A DNA stretch of 64,000 bases from Flavobacteriales bacterium (GTDB lineage Bacteria > Bacteroidota > Bacteroidia > Palsa-965): assembly GCA_040377305.1 (NCBI GenBank), contig JBEIPA010000006.1, positions 32,001-96,000 on the forward strand, given 5' to 3'. The position numbers were made by a program, and so were the translations under genes. Shown here in pieces: positions 49,901 to 60,502 of the stretch (position 1 is the stretch's first letter; each line of letters starts with the position of its first letter). Under the pieces are notes generated by a model that saw only the letters and a program-made list of their open reading frames with translations, did not search any database and was not told the origin of the DNA.

Positions 49901-52900
49901 CTGCGTGCAGCATCATCGTTTGCAGAATATGTTCCGGGAGGAGTAACTGAAAGCGGAATCTCGTACTCGTAATAGTTCTCCGTCTGATCTGAACCAATCC
50001 GGATGAATGCACTCACATCTCCGTCGTTCAAAGGTTGGTTAGAACCTGCGCGTTGCTCAGCGTGAACAAACATGCGGATCTTTCCATAAGAACGTACATC
50101 CATATTGCTCACGGTCTTAAATGCAGCACGTGAATCGCCGTCTTCAAGATCGCACACTTTCATAGAAAGCGACTGCTCATTCAAACGAACAAGTGTTGCG
50201 CTCTGAACGTTCTGCTCGCGATCAATTCCCGGAGGCAACACATAATTGATAGGCGTACGGTTTCCGTTTTCTTCGATGTTGATTGCTGCAATTTCGAATT
50301 CTGTGTCCGACTGATCGTTGCTGATATACTCACCCGGATATAACAGTGAATACTGATACTTTCTCCAGTCAGAACGAACAAATTCAAGACGCGCGAAACG
50401 GCAAGTCACCGGATTATCGGCACCACGAATACCAAGACGAATGAAACGAATCGAGTTGAAGTTTTCGATGTTTCCAACTTTCGCGCTGTATGAACGAACA
50501 GGAACACGGAACTGATACCACACGATTTCACGTGAACGTCCGTCTTTAGTAGTAACGTTCGTAACATACGCGTCCGTGATATAGTTGTTACCAACGTTGT
50601 TACGGTTGATATTCGTCGGATCAAGCTTGATACGATACTCGTAATAACTTTCGTTTTCGTTAAGCGTGTTATCGCGGTTGATGTCTTCCTGGTTTGGAAG
50701 CGTGGTCGATTGTGTTGGATAATCTTCAGAGAATCCATCGTCGTTCGCTTGTCCGTTTGCAGGAGAGTTTCCATCAGGGCCGTTGAACATTTTATAACGC
50801 TCCAGAATTGGCTTCTGCTGGTTATCGTAATCGGATCCACGGTAGTAGTGATAGTTGTCGGCTGCAGGATCTTTCACAGCATTATTATAGGCATCTGCTA
50901 ATGGGAATCCCGCGTTTGCAATTCCCTCCATATAATCCTTAAAGAAAGAAGCTTCATCGTCGTCACCCAATCCATCGAGACCAACGTCTTGCAATGGGCG
51001 CGCCTGTTCGTCATTGTCGAATGCGTTTACGATTGACTGCACAACCGGAACACGTCCCCACTCTGTTGTATCAATCAAAGAGAAATCTCCGTTTCCGGGA
51101 ATTCCATTCTCGAATGAGTTCCGAGAATCTTTCAGCACATCTTCCGAAATGTTTCCGATGTGAATGAAAAGTTCACCCGCGGTTGTTTGCTGGTTAGCCG
51201 GAACGTCTTCGTTGAACGGATCCATCATCCAGAACTGAATGTATTCAATGTTTGCTGCTTCGAAATCGTTGGTCTCAATACGACGTTGTATTCCACCCCA
51301 ACGTGATGCAGGATCAGCTAGTAAACCGTTTCCAGTAGGATCAAGACCAGCTGATACAGCAGTTGGCAACACGTCGAAGTTGTACGGTCCGCGCTCGCTC
51401 GGATAGAAAGAAATATCGAGCATAGAAATGTTCATCGGCTGACCGCTTGGAGGCTGTCTATTCGGGAACACTTCCGTTTCGAGTACTTCACGTACCAGGT
51501 GATTCGATTGATCAGCCAAAGTAACGTGACTCGGTTTTAAGTTGTTATCGGGACGTAAGAACAACGGATCGATTACGTACCAGGCGAACTTCGCACGATT
51601 GATTCCAGGATATAAGCTGTCTTCAATCGCTTCCGGCCAACGGCTAGGTTGTAATTGCGGAACAGATGCAAGCGACCAGCTTTGTGGTGAACGAATATCA
51701 ATCGCAGACTGCGTTCCTTCGAAGTCATCGATATACGAGTTACCGTTTTTACCAATGGCTTTGTTGTGCCCAGGAACGAGATATGCGAATTCACCTTGTG
51801 CCGTAATTGATGAAGGAGCTTTTGTACTGATCAACGGAAGTCGATCGACCATTCGCGTGAGGAAAGGTGCTTCAGTCCGGTAATTCAGATCGAGTCCCCA
51901 GATCGTATTGCTCATTGGCTCGTCACCAATGTTGATCTTTTGTGTGATCGGACGCTCGGTCAGATTCATTACGGTACCACCTACATTGAAGTCGCGGTTC
52001 ACCCGATAGTTCAAATGCGTCCCCCACAAAGTCTTCGACTGAATATTGAAGAGTGAGTTACTCTCCAGCGAGATCTTGATTGGTACTCCTGAATTCAAGA
52101 CACTTTCGTTGATGATTCGCACACGACCAAGCGTGTAGTCAACGGTATAATCCACGTTCTCCTGAAGTGGCGCACCACCTGCAGTTACAGTTACAGAACC
52201 TGCGGGAACGTTTACCGCGTTGAGTGAAATGTCGGAATTGGACGAAGACTTGTACGTGCCTTTGAGCTTGAATCGGTTCTTCCCGGCAAAGGTTGTAGAC
52301 GCGACCGTTTTAGTGGAGTCGTAAAGCTGCGGATAACCGTACTTCAAATACAACTGTGATTGGTTCGGATCACCTGCGAACTTAGAGTTCAGATATTCAC
52401 CGAACGGTTGCGTCACAGGGAATATGACTCGTCCGTTGTTAGAATAAATCGTTATTCGATCAATGAAGTCAAACGCTCCATCGGGTGTAGGTTGTAATTG
52501 TTGATTTAGTTTATCTAATCCCATTACCTGAATGAGCGGAACAGAACCGATTGGTCCCTCCGGAATAAATGGAATATCTGTTCCTGTTGATGGGTTGTTG
52601 TACCAAACCTGCAATACGAAATCCTGTGGGTTCACCTGATACGCACCAATAGAATAGATGTTTTTCATCATCAGATCCCACGTGCGATAAGGAACGCCTT
52701 GTCTGATTTTCGGAACGTTGTTCGTACTCTTTAGCAATTTCACGAAGAGCGCTTCCTGTCCCTGAATACCATCTGTAGAGAATTCACCAACCTGATAAAC
52801 TTGACCGTTCACCGTATACTGGAATGCGACAGCTACAACTTCATCGTAGTTGAGCGCCTGGTTCAGGGAAACGAAACCGAGACGTTCATTCAGGGAGTAT

Positions 52901-54258
52901 TCGGTTGGAAGAAGTTTACGTGCGTTGTTAACCTTTTCGTAATTGACTGCCTGAAGGAAGGTATCCGAAACTGTGAGTGCGCTAAAAGTTTGACTCAATG
53001 GAATCGATGGATTGCGAGCGTCTTCGTAAAGGTTAGTCAGATTCGCATACAAATCGTTGAGTTCATTGTCCGGATACGGTGAACGTGTATTGTCAACTTC
53101 TATCCAATTTGATCCTTGTCTCTCCAGTGAATCTTCACCGATATCGGTAAACGCCACAATGTTACGTGTGTTATCCACTACACCTGTTCTGTTCGTCACC
53201 CACACTTCCACACGCGTGATCTGCACTCCCGAATTAATCACAGGCAAAGTTGCCATCGCCTGATCGTAGTGATTGAAGAAGTACTGCGACAGGAAGAAGT
53301 GTTTGTTGGCTTCGTAGTTGTCGCCATTCACTTCGTAATTCGTGACCTGCGCACCACCGGTTACGTTTACTTCTGATTTCTTACCACGTTGCTGTGAGGC
53401 AATGCTCGTCACGGTAAGACGTCCAAACTGGAGTTCGGTTTTAATACCGAAAAGCGTTTGCGAACCGGTGATGAGCGATGAGTTCAGTCCGAACGTTACG
53501 TTACCCGCTTCGATTTTCTTGATGATCTCATCCTCGAAACCAGTGTATTCTAATTTCATCTGGTTCTCGAATTCGAAAGTCGACTCGGTATTGTAGTTTG
53601 TGGTCAGCTTCAGTTTCTCACCGATCTTACCAACTACGTTGAGCTGAATTTTCTCATCGAACTCAAACGTGGCAATGCGTCGCTGACGTTCAGGCAATGC
53701 AGGATTGTCTGTACGGTTTACGTTCACACCAAAAATCAATTCGGCAGAACCTTGCGGACGAATGTCGATTGTTCCACCACCGAAAATGCGGTCGAACTTT
53801 TCGCTGTTGATTTTAATTGGTGGAATGAGTCCTTTGTCTCCACGACCTTGTGCCTGACTTTCTGCCTGCACACGTTGTTTCCAGTAATCGTCAACCGATT
53901 TCTGCATGTCGTAGTAAACGTATTCCTCCATCGTCATGTACATCGGTGGACGGTATTGAACGCCACCCATGGTTTGTGTAAGCACGTAGATGTTGGAATC
54001 GGGGTCATAAGTAACAGTAGTCTTGATGTTCGCCGGATCATTCAGCGATAGATTACTGTTATTATCGAAGTAGAACGGATCGAGTGCGCTTTGATCCTCG
54101 AAAGGATAAGGCAGATCGCAAGTATCGCATGCCGGGCTATCTGTTCCGCCGACCAATCCGCGGTTACCGATAGCAACACGTGCATCGCTTTTCATCACCA
54201 TGGCGAGGAGAGAAACGGATGCGGCAGCTGCAATTGTATATTTAAAGAATGCGTTCAA
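46957..54258 (-). CDS. sprA: T9SS outer-membrane translocon SprA/Sov
   Basis: 2433 aa; IFGGGTIDIRPQGS, YIDDFEG, WYQFRVP, EVWFNELR; ruvA-sprA-gcvH synteny. TTG start. Confidence 0.95.
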   Translation of the reverse strand: MNAFFKYTIAAAASVSLLAMVMKSDARVAIGNRGLVGGTDSPACDTCDLPYPFEDQSALDPFYFDNNSNLSLNDPANIKTTVTYDPDSNIYVLTQTMGGVQYRPPMYMTMEEYVYYDMQKSVDDYWKQRVQAESQAQGRGDKGLIPPIKINSEKFDRIFGGGTIDIRPQGSAELIFGVNVNRTDNPALPERQRRIATFEFDEKIQLNVVGKIGEKLKLTTNYNTESTFEFENQMKLEYTGFEDEIIKKIEAGNVTFGLNSSLITGSQTLFGIKTELQFGRLTVTSIASQQRGKKSEVNVTGGAQVTNYEVNGDNYEANKHFFLSQYFFNHYDQAMATLPVINSGVQITRVEVWVTNRTGVVDNTRNIVAFTDIGEDSLERQGSNWIEVDNTRSPYPDNELNDLYANLTNLYEDARNPSIPLSQTFSALTVSDTFLQAVNYEKVNNARKLLPTEYSLNERLGFVSLNQALNYDEVVAVAFQYTVNGQVYQVGEFSTDGIQGQEALFVKLLKSTNNVPKIRQGVPYRTWDLMMKNIYSIGAYQVNPQDFVLQVWYNNPSTGTDIPFIPEGPIGSVPLIQVMGLDKLNQQLQPTPDGAFDFIDRITIYSNNGRVIFPVTQPFGEYLNSKFAGDPNQSQLYLKYGYPQLYDSTKTVASTTFAGKNRFKLKGTYKSSSNSDISLNAVNVPAGSVTVTAGGAPLQENVDYTVDYTLGRVRIINESVLNSGVPIKISLESNSLFNIQSKTLWGTHLNYRVNRDFNVGGTVMNLTERPITQKINIGDEPMSNTIWGLDLNYRTEAPFLTRMVDRLPLISTKAPSSITAQGEFAYLVPGHNKAIGKNGNSYIDDFEGTQSAIDIRSPQSWSLASVPQLQPSRWPEAIEDSLYPGINRAKFAWYVIDPLFLRPDNNLKPSHVTLADQSNHLVREVLETEVFPNRQPPSGQPMNISMLDISFYPSERGPYNFDVLPTAVSAGLDPTGNGLLADPASRWGGIQRRIETNDFEAANIEYIQFWMMDPFNEDVPANQQTTAGELFIHIGNISEDVLKDSRNSFENGIPGNGDFSLIDTTEWGRVPVVQSIVNAFDNDEQARPLQDVGLDGLGDDDEASFFKDYMEGIANAGFPLADAYNNAVKDPAADNYHYYRGSDYDNQQKPILERYKMFNGPDGNSPANGQANDDGFSEDYPTQSTTLPNQEDINRDNTLNENESYYEYRIKLDPTNINRNNVGNNYITDAYVTNVTTKDGRSREIVWYQFRVPVRSYSAKVGNIENFNSIRFIRLGIRGADNPVTCRFARLEFVRSDWRKYQYSLLYPGEYISNDQSDTEFEIAAINIEENGNRTPINYVLPPGIDREQNVQSATLVRLNEQSLSMKVCDLEDGDSRAAFKTVSNMDVRSYGKIRMFVHAEQRAGSNQPLNDGDVSAFIRIGSDQTENYYEYEIPLSVTPPGTYSANDDAARRQVWPDANTMELSFELLQYAKQQRNIAIANGTASLTAEYSVVDPDHPERRVTVKGNPNLASIKVFMLGIRNPKMTSANQGSDDGLSKCAEVWFNELRLTDFNEDGGWAATARVTAKLADFGIVNLSGNMATPGFGSIEKKVSDRLREKQMNYDVSTQLELGRFFPEKTGIRLPLFWGYGETFITPQFNPLDPDILLAPVLSNEDLGDNARDSIRGATVDYTRRKSLNFTNVHKEKAKGGKSNIWDISNFTASYAYTEVYRHNVNIEYSSAKNHRGGLTWSYQPQMKPWKPFEKKKWAKGKWMTIMREFQLAPLPASMGASMDLNRTFSEMKQRNITGYNDIFTPTNFNKNFVWNRNYDIRWDITKNLKFDFSADNMAQVLEPYGKIDTPEKQDTLISNIRGFGTTMTYHHQSNFSYTVPINKIPVFDWITANARYQTGYTWTRGPLAADSIGNSIGNNAQWTLTGQLNMVTLYNKIPYLKKVNNKKIGAQPAPKPNAPKDTTKKDNDQYEIVEYIARAVMTLRTVSVNYSNNSTLALPGYKPRTQLLGFDEKFSAPGLGFLFGKQQHFGPNKDQDFPLYAEANGWLVQEQSIYVPYTRGNTQNLTGRAALEPFPDVKIELNISKTNSLNRSEFYRWDETINEFLRQSTTETGSYSVSIITWNTAFKGDDKDHNSPVFEQFLNNRAVVSGRMGVESPYSTGINTDGFADGYSRVSQDVLIPAFLAAYTGKNAANQPVGQKGVFPAMPLPNWRITYDGLTKIPKIRKFFKTVTFGHTYRSTYSVSGFLTNLNHSDGDQDGFTEARNVSLDFESKYQIGSVQISEQFTPMISIDVVWAGKRNFSTKFEFKKDRTLSLSLANTQLTEVSGKEYVFGMGYRIPQLELKFFKKFMGGKISIPKSDLNLRADVSFRNNQTVIRKSVEEINVLTAGQNILSIKTSADYQMTDKLIVRFFCDRVMTNPLVSSSFKTANTNAGLSLRFLLQ

Positions 54259-54269
54259 GTTCTATTTTT

Positions 54270-54857
54270 TCAGAGGTTTTTTAGTGCAAGCTTAATTAGA
54301 TGTTCAACGGAAACCACATTACCCTCTGATTTCAATGATTTATCAATTGCTCTTTCAGCCATGTTGCGTGCAAAGCCGAGTGCGACCAGCGCTGATAACG
54401 CTTCATCGCGGAGCTTATTGTCTGCAGCAGAAAATTGTAAGGGGCTGATTGAAATATCTTTCCCGAATTTTCCTTTGAGATCAACAATAATCCGCTGTGC
54501 CGATTTCTCTCCAATGCCTTTGATGGATTTCAAAGCTGTTACATTACCTGAATGAATTGCTGTTACTACTTCTGCAGGAGTCATTGATGACAAGATCATC
54601 CGTGCAGTGCCGGCACCAACACCGGAAACTGATATTAACTGGCGAAATACTTCGCGCTCTTCGTCGTCTGCAAAACCGTACAGCACCATGGCGTCTTCCC
54701 TTACGGCAAGATGGCTCAGTAAACGAAAGCTTCCCGAATCCGGGATTTTAGAATATGTGTTGAGAGAAATGTTGAGTAAATACCCTACACCGGCACAATC
54801 GATAACTGCGTACGTTGGGGTCTTCACGGATACTTTTCCTTCGAAATGATTAAACAT
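54270..54857 (-). CDS. ruvA: Holliday junction branch migration protein
   Basis: GVGY, VREDAMVLYGF, VSGVGAGTA, IKGIGEKSAQRIIVDLK. Confidence 0.96.
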   Translation of the reverse strand: MFNHFEGKVSVKTPTYAVIDCAGVGYLLNISLNTYSKIPDSGSFRLLSHLAVREDAMVLYGFADDEEREVFRQLISVSGVGAGTARMILSSMTPAEVVTAIHSGNVTALKSIKGIGEKSAQRIIVDLKGKFGKDISISPLQFSAADNKLRDEALSALVALGFARNMAERAIDKSLKSEGNVVSVEHLIKLALKNL

Positions 54858-54860
54858 ACT

Positions 54861-57134
54861 CTACTGCTTTCTTGACTGTGCATCCATAACGGCAATCGTA
54901 ACCATATTCACGATTTCACGGACAGAACTTCCTAGCTGAAGAATATGTACTGGTTTCTTCAAACCGAGAAGGATCGGACCAATTGCTTCTGCTCTTCCAA
55001 GCTCCTGCATCATTTTGTAAGCGATGTTTCCGGAAGCGAGATTCGGGAAGATGAGTGTATTCACTTTCTTTCCGACAAGTTCGCTGAACGGGAACACTTC
55101 TTTGAGGAGCTCGTTGTTCAGTGCAAAATTTGCCTGCAAGTCACCGTCAACGATCAGTCCGGGATAATCCCTGTGCAAAATGGCTGTGGCCTCCTGTACT
55201 TTCTGAGGCAACGGACCATCGGCTGAACCGAAGTTGGTGTACGATAACAATGCAATGCGTGGCACGATGTTAAATTGTCTGACCGCCTGTGCTGTGAGGA
55301 CCGTAATGTCAACCAGTTCCTGGGCAGTGGGTTCCACATTCATAGTCGTGTCGGCAAAGAAAAAGTTGCCTTGTTTTGTCGAAATCATGTACATCCCGGC
55401 CACTTTATTCACGCCGTCCTGAACACCAATACACTGCAATGCGGGTTTGATCGGAACACCGTACTTGCGGGTGAGTCCGGAGATCATTGTATCAGCCATT
55501 CCGGTTTCAACCATCATAGCTCCGAAGTAATTCCGGTCCTGCATGAGCTTCTTAGCCTCATACTGGGTTAAACCACGACGTTTCCGCTTTTGATACAGCA
55601 TTTCACTGAAGCGGTAACGGTTTTCATCGTGTTCTGCACTGCGTGGATCAATGATCGGAACATCAGTCATATCGAGGTTGTGTTCCTCCACCAGACGATT
55701 GATCTTGTTCACATCACCGAGCAATATTGGTTTGCAGATGCCGTCGTCTTTCACAACCTGCACTGCTTTGAGAATCTTGTAAGTATCTGCTTCAGCAAAA
55801 ACTACACGCTTCGGATTCTGGCGTGCCTTCGAAGCGACAGTACGCATGAGCTTGTTGTCGAGACCAAGACGATTGTTCAGCTCTGTTTTGTACGCGTCCC
55901 AGTCCGTAATGTGTTTCTTCGCAACTCCCGAATCCATTGCAGCTTTCGCCACTGCGGGAGCAACGGTTGAAATTAGTCGTCCGTCAATTGGTTTAGGAAT
56001 GATGTATCCCGGACCGAAACTGAGACCACGCGTGTCGTAAGCGAGATTCACATCATCCGGAACTGGTTCCTTCGTGAGATTTGCAATCGCATATGCTGCA
56101 GCAAGCTTCATTTCTTCATTGATAGTCGTTGCCCGAACATCAAGCGCCCCACGGAAAATGAATGGGAATCCGAGTACGTTGTTCACCTGGTTAGGATGAT
56201 CTGAACGACCGGTTGCCATGATGATGTCCTTCCGCGCGCCCATGGCCATGTCGTATGGAATTTCCGGATCAGGATTCGCCAGTGCAAATACGATCGGACG
56301 TTTAGCCATAGACTGAACCATTTCAGCAGTGACGATATTTCCTTTGGAAAGTCCAACGAAAACGTCAGCGTCTTTCATCGCATCTGCTAGTGTTACGCGT
56401 TTGTCTTTTTTGCGAGCGAAATGTCTTTTGTTCTCGTCGAGATCATCCCGGTCATCGGTCAATATTCCTTTGCTGTCGAGCATCGTGATATTGTCTTTCT
56501 TCACACCAACCGCCATGTACATCTTTGCACAGGAATTAGCCGATGCGCCGGCACCATTTACAACAAGCTTTACTTTTTCAATTTTCTTCCCTGCGATTTC
56601 GCAAGCGTTGATCAATGCAGCAGTAGAAATAATTGCAGTTCCGTGCTGATCATCGTGCATCAATGGAATGTCGAGTTCTTCTTTGAGACGACGCTCAATT
56701 TCGAAACACTCCGGCGCCTTGATGTCTTCGAGATTTATACCGCCAAAAGTGGGTGCAATTGCTTTTACAGTTTGTACGATTACGTCAATGTCGTTCGAAT
56801 CAATTTCAATATCGAACACATCGATGTCGGCGTAGATCTTGAAGAGCATTCCCTTTCCTTCCATCACCGGCTTTGAAGCCAGCGGCCCGATGTTTCCAAG
56901 ACCGAGGACAGCTGTTCCGTTGGAGATAACGGCCACGAGATTTCCTTTCGCTGTGTACTTGTACACGTCTTCGGGATTTTTCTCGATGTCGAGACATGGA
57001 TCAGCAACACCTGGAGAATACGCAAGCGTCAAATCACGTTGTGAACTGTAAGGCTTGGTAGGAACAACCTCAATCTTACCCGGACGGCCCTGAGAGTGAT
57101 AATCAAGGGCTTCCTGCTTTCTATATTTGGCCAT
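54861..57134 (-). CDS. maeB: NADP-dependent malic enzyme with PTA domain
   Basis: [34 protein letters not shown]-terminal PTA-like domain. Confidence 0.95.
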   Translation of the reverse strand: MAKYRKQEALDYHSQGRPGKIEVVPTKPYSSQRDLTLAYSPGVADPCLDIEKNPEDVYKYTAKGNLVAVISNGTAVLGLGNIGPLASKPVMEGKGMLFKIYADIDVFDIEIDSNDIDVIVQTVKAIAPTFGGINLEDIKAPECFEIERRLKEELDIPLMHDDQHGTAIISTAALINACEIAGKKIEKVKLVVNGAGASANSCAKMYMAVGVKKDNITMLDSKGILTDDRDDLDENKRHFARKKDKRVTLADAMKDADVFVGLSKGNIVTAEMVQSMAKRPIVFALANPDPEIPYDMAMGARKDIIMATGRSDHPNQVNNVLGFPFIFRGALDVRATTINEEMKLAAAYAIANLTKEPVPDDVNLAYDTRGLSFGPGYIIPKPIDGRLISTVAPAVAKAAMDSGVAKKHITDWDAYKTELNNRLGLDNKLMRTVASKARQNPKRVVFAEADTYKILKAVQVVKDDGICKPILLGDVNKINRLVEEHNLDMTDVPIIDPRSAEHDENRYRFSEMLYQKRKRRGLTQYEAKKLMQDRNYFGAMMVETGMADTMISGLTRKYGVPIKPALQCIGVQDGVNKVAGMYMISTKQGNFFFADTTMNVEPTAQELVDITVLTAQAVRQFNIVPRIALLSYTNFGSADGPLPQKVQEATAILHRDYPGLIVDGDLQANFALNNELLKEVFPFSELVGKKVNTLIFPNLASGNIAYKMMQELGRAEAIGPILLGLKKPVHILQLGSSVREIVNMVTIAVMDAQSRKQ

Positions 57135-57252
57135 AATCTATCTACTGAATTCCCGCCGTTTTGCTAAAAAAAGCGGAATTGCGAAGGTAAGGAAAAGGAT
57201 CGCTTTTGAGACCACTATTTGCCATTATAATCACCTGATAGTCTGCAGGTTG

Positions 57253-57366
57253 CCTGCGGCGCTTACCACGGCGGCACAGCGAAACGGCGAAAGTGTTTAT
57301 CGTGCTAAGCCCAACCGGAGGTCACGGAGAGTTGGTTGCAATGTACGCCGTGGTAAGCGCCGCAGG
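57253..57366. repeat. Inverted-repeat element related to the 2620/3336 family
   Basis: 21-bp perfect IR cctgcggcgcttaccacggcg / cgccgtggtaagcgccgcagg. Confidence 0.85.
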
Positions 57367-57441
57367 TACATCTCGACTTAACCTTAGTGAGACAATCATA
57401 GGCAAATCTCAAAACATGTAAACACCGTATCTTCGACTCAC

Positions 57442-58140
57442 ATGGCACGCAAACACATCGTAGTATTTTCCGGAGCAGGCATCAGCGCTGAAAGTGGTAT
57501 TTCTACTTTCCGCGACAATGGTGGTTTGTGGGACAAGTACGACATTAAAGAAGTTGCGACGCCGGAGGCGTGGAGAAACAATCCGAAGCTGGTGCTGGAG
57601 TTTTACAACGACCGACGTAAACAGGTAATTGAAGCAACACCAAACGCGGCACATAAAGCGATTGTTGAGCTGGAGAAAAAATTTGATGTAACTGTCATCA
57701 CACAAAACGTCGACGATCTCCACGAGCGTGCCGGATCGAAAAAAGTGATTCACCTCCACGGAGAAATCCGGAAATCGAGAAGCACTTACGATCCGAAACT
57801 TGTTTACACCATCAAAGGTTGGGAGTTAAATCCTGGTGATCGTTGCGAACAAGGATCGCAATTACGTCCGCACATTGTTTGGTTTGGAGAAATGGTTCCG
57901 GAGATGGAACGCGCACAAGAAATGGCTTCCACCGCTGATGTTCTGATCACAGTTGGAACTTCATTGAACGTTTATCCTGCTGCTGGATTAGTTCACGTTG
58001 CTCCGAAAACAAGTAAGTTGTTTGTGATTGATCCGAATGAAGTTCCGCTCGAAGGATTAGACAATCTCACATTCTACAAGGAGAAAGCCGGTGACGCAAT
58101 GCCACGCGTTGTGAAAGCACTGCTTGAATCTGAAATCTGA
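57442..58140 (+). CDS. cobB: NAD-dependent deacylase (sirtuin)
   Basis: GAGISAESGISTFR, TQNVDDLHERAG, HLHG, RPHIVWFGE, GTSLNVYPAA. Confidence 0.93.
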   Translation: MARKHIVVFSGAGISAESGISTFRDNGGLWDKYDIKEVATPEAWRNNPKLVLEFYNDRRKQVIEATPNAAHKAIVELEKKFDVTVITQNVDDLHERAGSKKVIHLHGEIRKSRSTYDPKLVYTIKGWELNPGDRCEQGSQLRPHIVWFGEMVPEMERAQEMASTADVLITVGTSLNVYPAAGLVHVAPKTSKLFVIDPNEVPLEGLDNLTFYKEKAGDAMPRVVKALLESEI

Positions 58141-58157
58141 AAAAATATTCGTCAACG

Positions 58158-58191
58158 AAAAAGTCCCGTCGATATTTCTACGGGACTTTTC
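58158..58191. terminator. Bidirectional intrinsic terminator
   Basis: aaaagtcccgt ... acgggactttt between convergent genes. Confidence 0.8.
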
Positions 58192-58213
58192 AGTGTATTT
58201 GGTTTGCGAAATA

Positions 58214-58963
58214 TTATTGCACAACAATCTTTCTGCGGGCGGCCATTCCGTTTTCATCCGTAAGGGAAAGCATGTAAACGCCTTTCGCCCACGAAGAAGT
58301 TTCTATGTTGAGAATTCCGTTTTGAGGAGCAAGGCTTAGCGTGTAAACCACTTTACCTGTAAGATCTGTTACGTTAACAGTTCCACCGATATTATCTGCA
58401 AAGCTGTATGCAACCGAGAAATTATTCGTTGCCGGATTCGGATATGGCTCACCCAAAATTGCATTGTGCGATTCAGCAATTCCAACCGGTGTAACATTGT
58501 AACGCAGATGAAGAACAGCTGTATCGTTTGGGTTGTTTACATCATAAAACTTGTAGCGGACGATTGTTATCCCGAATGTTGAACCAGCAGAGAAGTCGCA
58601 CAATAGTTGATTAAACGAAGAACTATCGGTGATGAAATTTCCCGACACTGTCGTATTCGGAATATAACACTGGCTCTGCAGGTCTGCCGGATCTGCATTG
58701 TGATAAACACAGAACCAGGTAGCTGCCGTGGCTGTAATTACAGTGTTCGTTTTCTGAACCTTATACGTTACAGTAGATCCGCTGGTGTTGATGTGATCGA
58801 AATGCGTTTGATGCGACCCATTTGCAGGCACCCAATAGTCAATCGTGTCTCCCGTTACATTGTTACCATTCGGGTCTTCGTAATGGCTCTGTGCAAACGC
58901 GGTCGAAACCAAAAAAGCGGAACTCAGTACGAGCGCCGCTTTTAAAATAGTATTTGTGATCAT
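58214..58963 (-). CDS. T9SS type A cargo protein
   Basis: Signal peptide; PYPNPA...GVYML...RKIVVQ. Confidence 0.88.
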   Translation of the reverse strand: MITNTILKAALVLSSAFLVSTAFAQSHYEDPNGNNVTGDTIDYWVPANGSHQTHFDHINTSGSTVTYKVQKTNTVITATAATWFCVYHNADPADLQSQCYIPNTTVSGNFITDSSSFNQLLCDFSAGSTFGITIVRYKFYDVNNPNDTAVLHLRYNVTPVGIAESHNAILGEPYPNPATNNFSVAYSFADNIGGTVNVTDLTGKVVYTLSLAPQNGILNIETSSWAKGVYMLSLTDENGMAARRKIVVQ

Positions 58964-58967
58964 CGTT

Positions 58968-59705
58968 TTAGTGCGACACAATCAGTCGTTTAGTAGAAAG
59001 CTGTTTGCCATCAACTTCAAGTGCAGTGAAATAAACACCGTTACCAAGTGTAGAAACATCCATACGGAAAGTTCCTTCTGCATCAACAAGTGTTTCTGTT
59101 CTTACAGCTTCACCAAGCATGTTGTAGATTACCATTTTAGCAACACCTTGACCATAAGAAGTGCCCAGATTGTAGTTCATATTAACTACAGACGCGGCTG
59201 GATTTGGCATTGGTGAACCAATGTTCGCTTTCACAGTTGAGTGCGTTCCGATTCCTGTTGGAGAAACGTGGTACTCAATGAAGAAGTAAACTGAATCAGA
59301 TGGATTTGCTGTATTGAATATTGAGTAGCGAACAATAGAAGTTCCAGTTGTGTTGTCCGGAGTAAAATCCGTCACCAAAAGGAATTGTCCTCCTGAGTTA
59401 ACTGTTACGTTTCCGGAAACTACTGTGCTTGGCGTATAGCAAAGTTGATCTGTACAGAAATAAAACACGCTGTTTGGCGACGCTTGTGACTGTATAGCCT
59501 TACGAACTTTTACCGTAACACTTGATCCGGTTGTGTTGTGCACATCGAAATCATGCGTTTCAAGGGCAGTAGCCTGGTCAACGAAATACACAAGTGTTGA
59601 TCCGTTCGCAATTCCACCTTGAGTTGCGTGAGTAATAGAAAGGCTTTGAGCAGAAAGTCCTGCAGCAAACAAAGTTGTAACAGATGCGAGTAATAGTTTT
59701 TTCAT
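58968..59705 (-). CDS. T9SS type A cargo protein, paralog of 58214-58963
   Basis: MKKLLL signal peptide; FCTDQLCY; PMPNPA...GVYF...KRLIVSH. Confidence 0.88.
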   Translation of the reverse strand: MKKLLLASVTTLFAAGLSAQSLSITHATQGGIANGSTLVYFVDQATALETHDFDVHNTTGSSVTVKVRKAIQSQASPNSVFYFCTDQLCYTPSTVVSGNVTVNSGGQFLLVTDFTPDNTTGTSIVRYSIFNTANPSDSVYFFIEYHVSPTGIGTHSTVKANIGSPMPNPAASVVNMNYNLGTSYGQGVAKMVIYNMLGEAVRTETLVDAEGTFRMDVSTLGNGVYFTALEVDGKQLSTKRLIVSH

Positions 59706-59938
59706 GATCCTTGTTATTATGTGTATTGGAGCTATTACAAACATAATCAATCGGAAACGTATTTCAATGCCCACTTGTCGTTCCGTTCCTGCCGTTTGTC
59801 AATCTTGAGCAAGTATTGGTCAAAAACGCCGCATTAAAGGGTTCCGATTATGGCTTGGTTTTTGGTTCTCATTGCTCGCTAATCACTAATTTAGAGCCGC
59901 TCTCCGAAGGAGTCCGACGGACCAGTAAACCAACTATT

Positions 59939-60478
59939 ATGAAAAAGCTATTTACCATTCCACTTGCAGCAATGTTCTTCCTTTTTACAGCATTTACGCT
60001 GAAACAGGATACACCTGCACAGAAACTCGCATCGGTTGATGTAAAAGGTCTTGACGGAAAAATCATCAACACCAGCGCGTTCAGCAATGGTGGCAAACCA
60101 ATCGTGGTATCGTTCTGGGCGACCTGGTGTGCTCCATGTAAAAAAGAACTCAACGAAATTGCTGAAGTGTATGAAGAGTGGCAGAAGGAAACCGGCGTGA
60201 AGGTAATCGCTGTCTCTATCGATGATTCGCGCAACTCTCCGAAAGTGAAACCTTACGTTGAACAACAAGAGTGGACGTATGAAATTTATCTCGACGAGAA
60301 TCAGGATTTCAAACGCGCTATGAACGTAAACAACGTGCCTCACACATTTGTTCTTAATGCGAACAATGAAGTAACGTGGCAAACGAACGTGTACAATCCG
60401 AATGGTGGTGTAGAAGCAATTTATGCGGCTGTAAAAGCAGCTATGCCAACCTCGACTCCTACCCCGGAGAATAAGTAA
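59939..60478 (+). CDS. TlpA-family thiol:disulfide oxidoreductase
   Basis: Signal peptide; SFWATWCAPCKKE; NVPHTF. Confidence 0.92.
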   Translation: MKKLFTIPLAAMFFLFTAFTLKQDTPAQKLASVDVKGLDGKIINTSAFSNGGKPIVVSFWATWCAPCKKELNEIAEVYEEWQKETGVKVIAVSIDDSRNSPKVKPYVEQQEWTYEIYLDENQDFKRAMNVNNVPHTFVLNANNEVTWQTNVYNPNGGVEAIYAAVKAAMPTSTPTPENK

Positions 60479-60502
60479 TCGCACTTTTAAAAACGCTGAT
60501 TA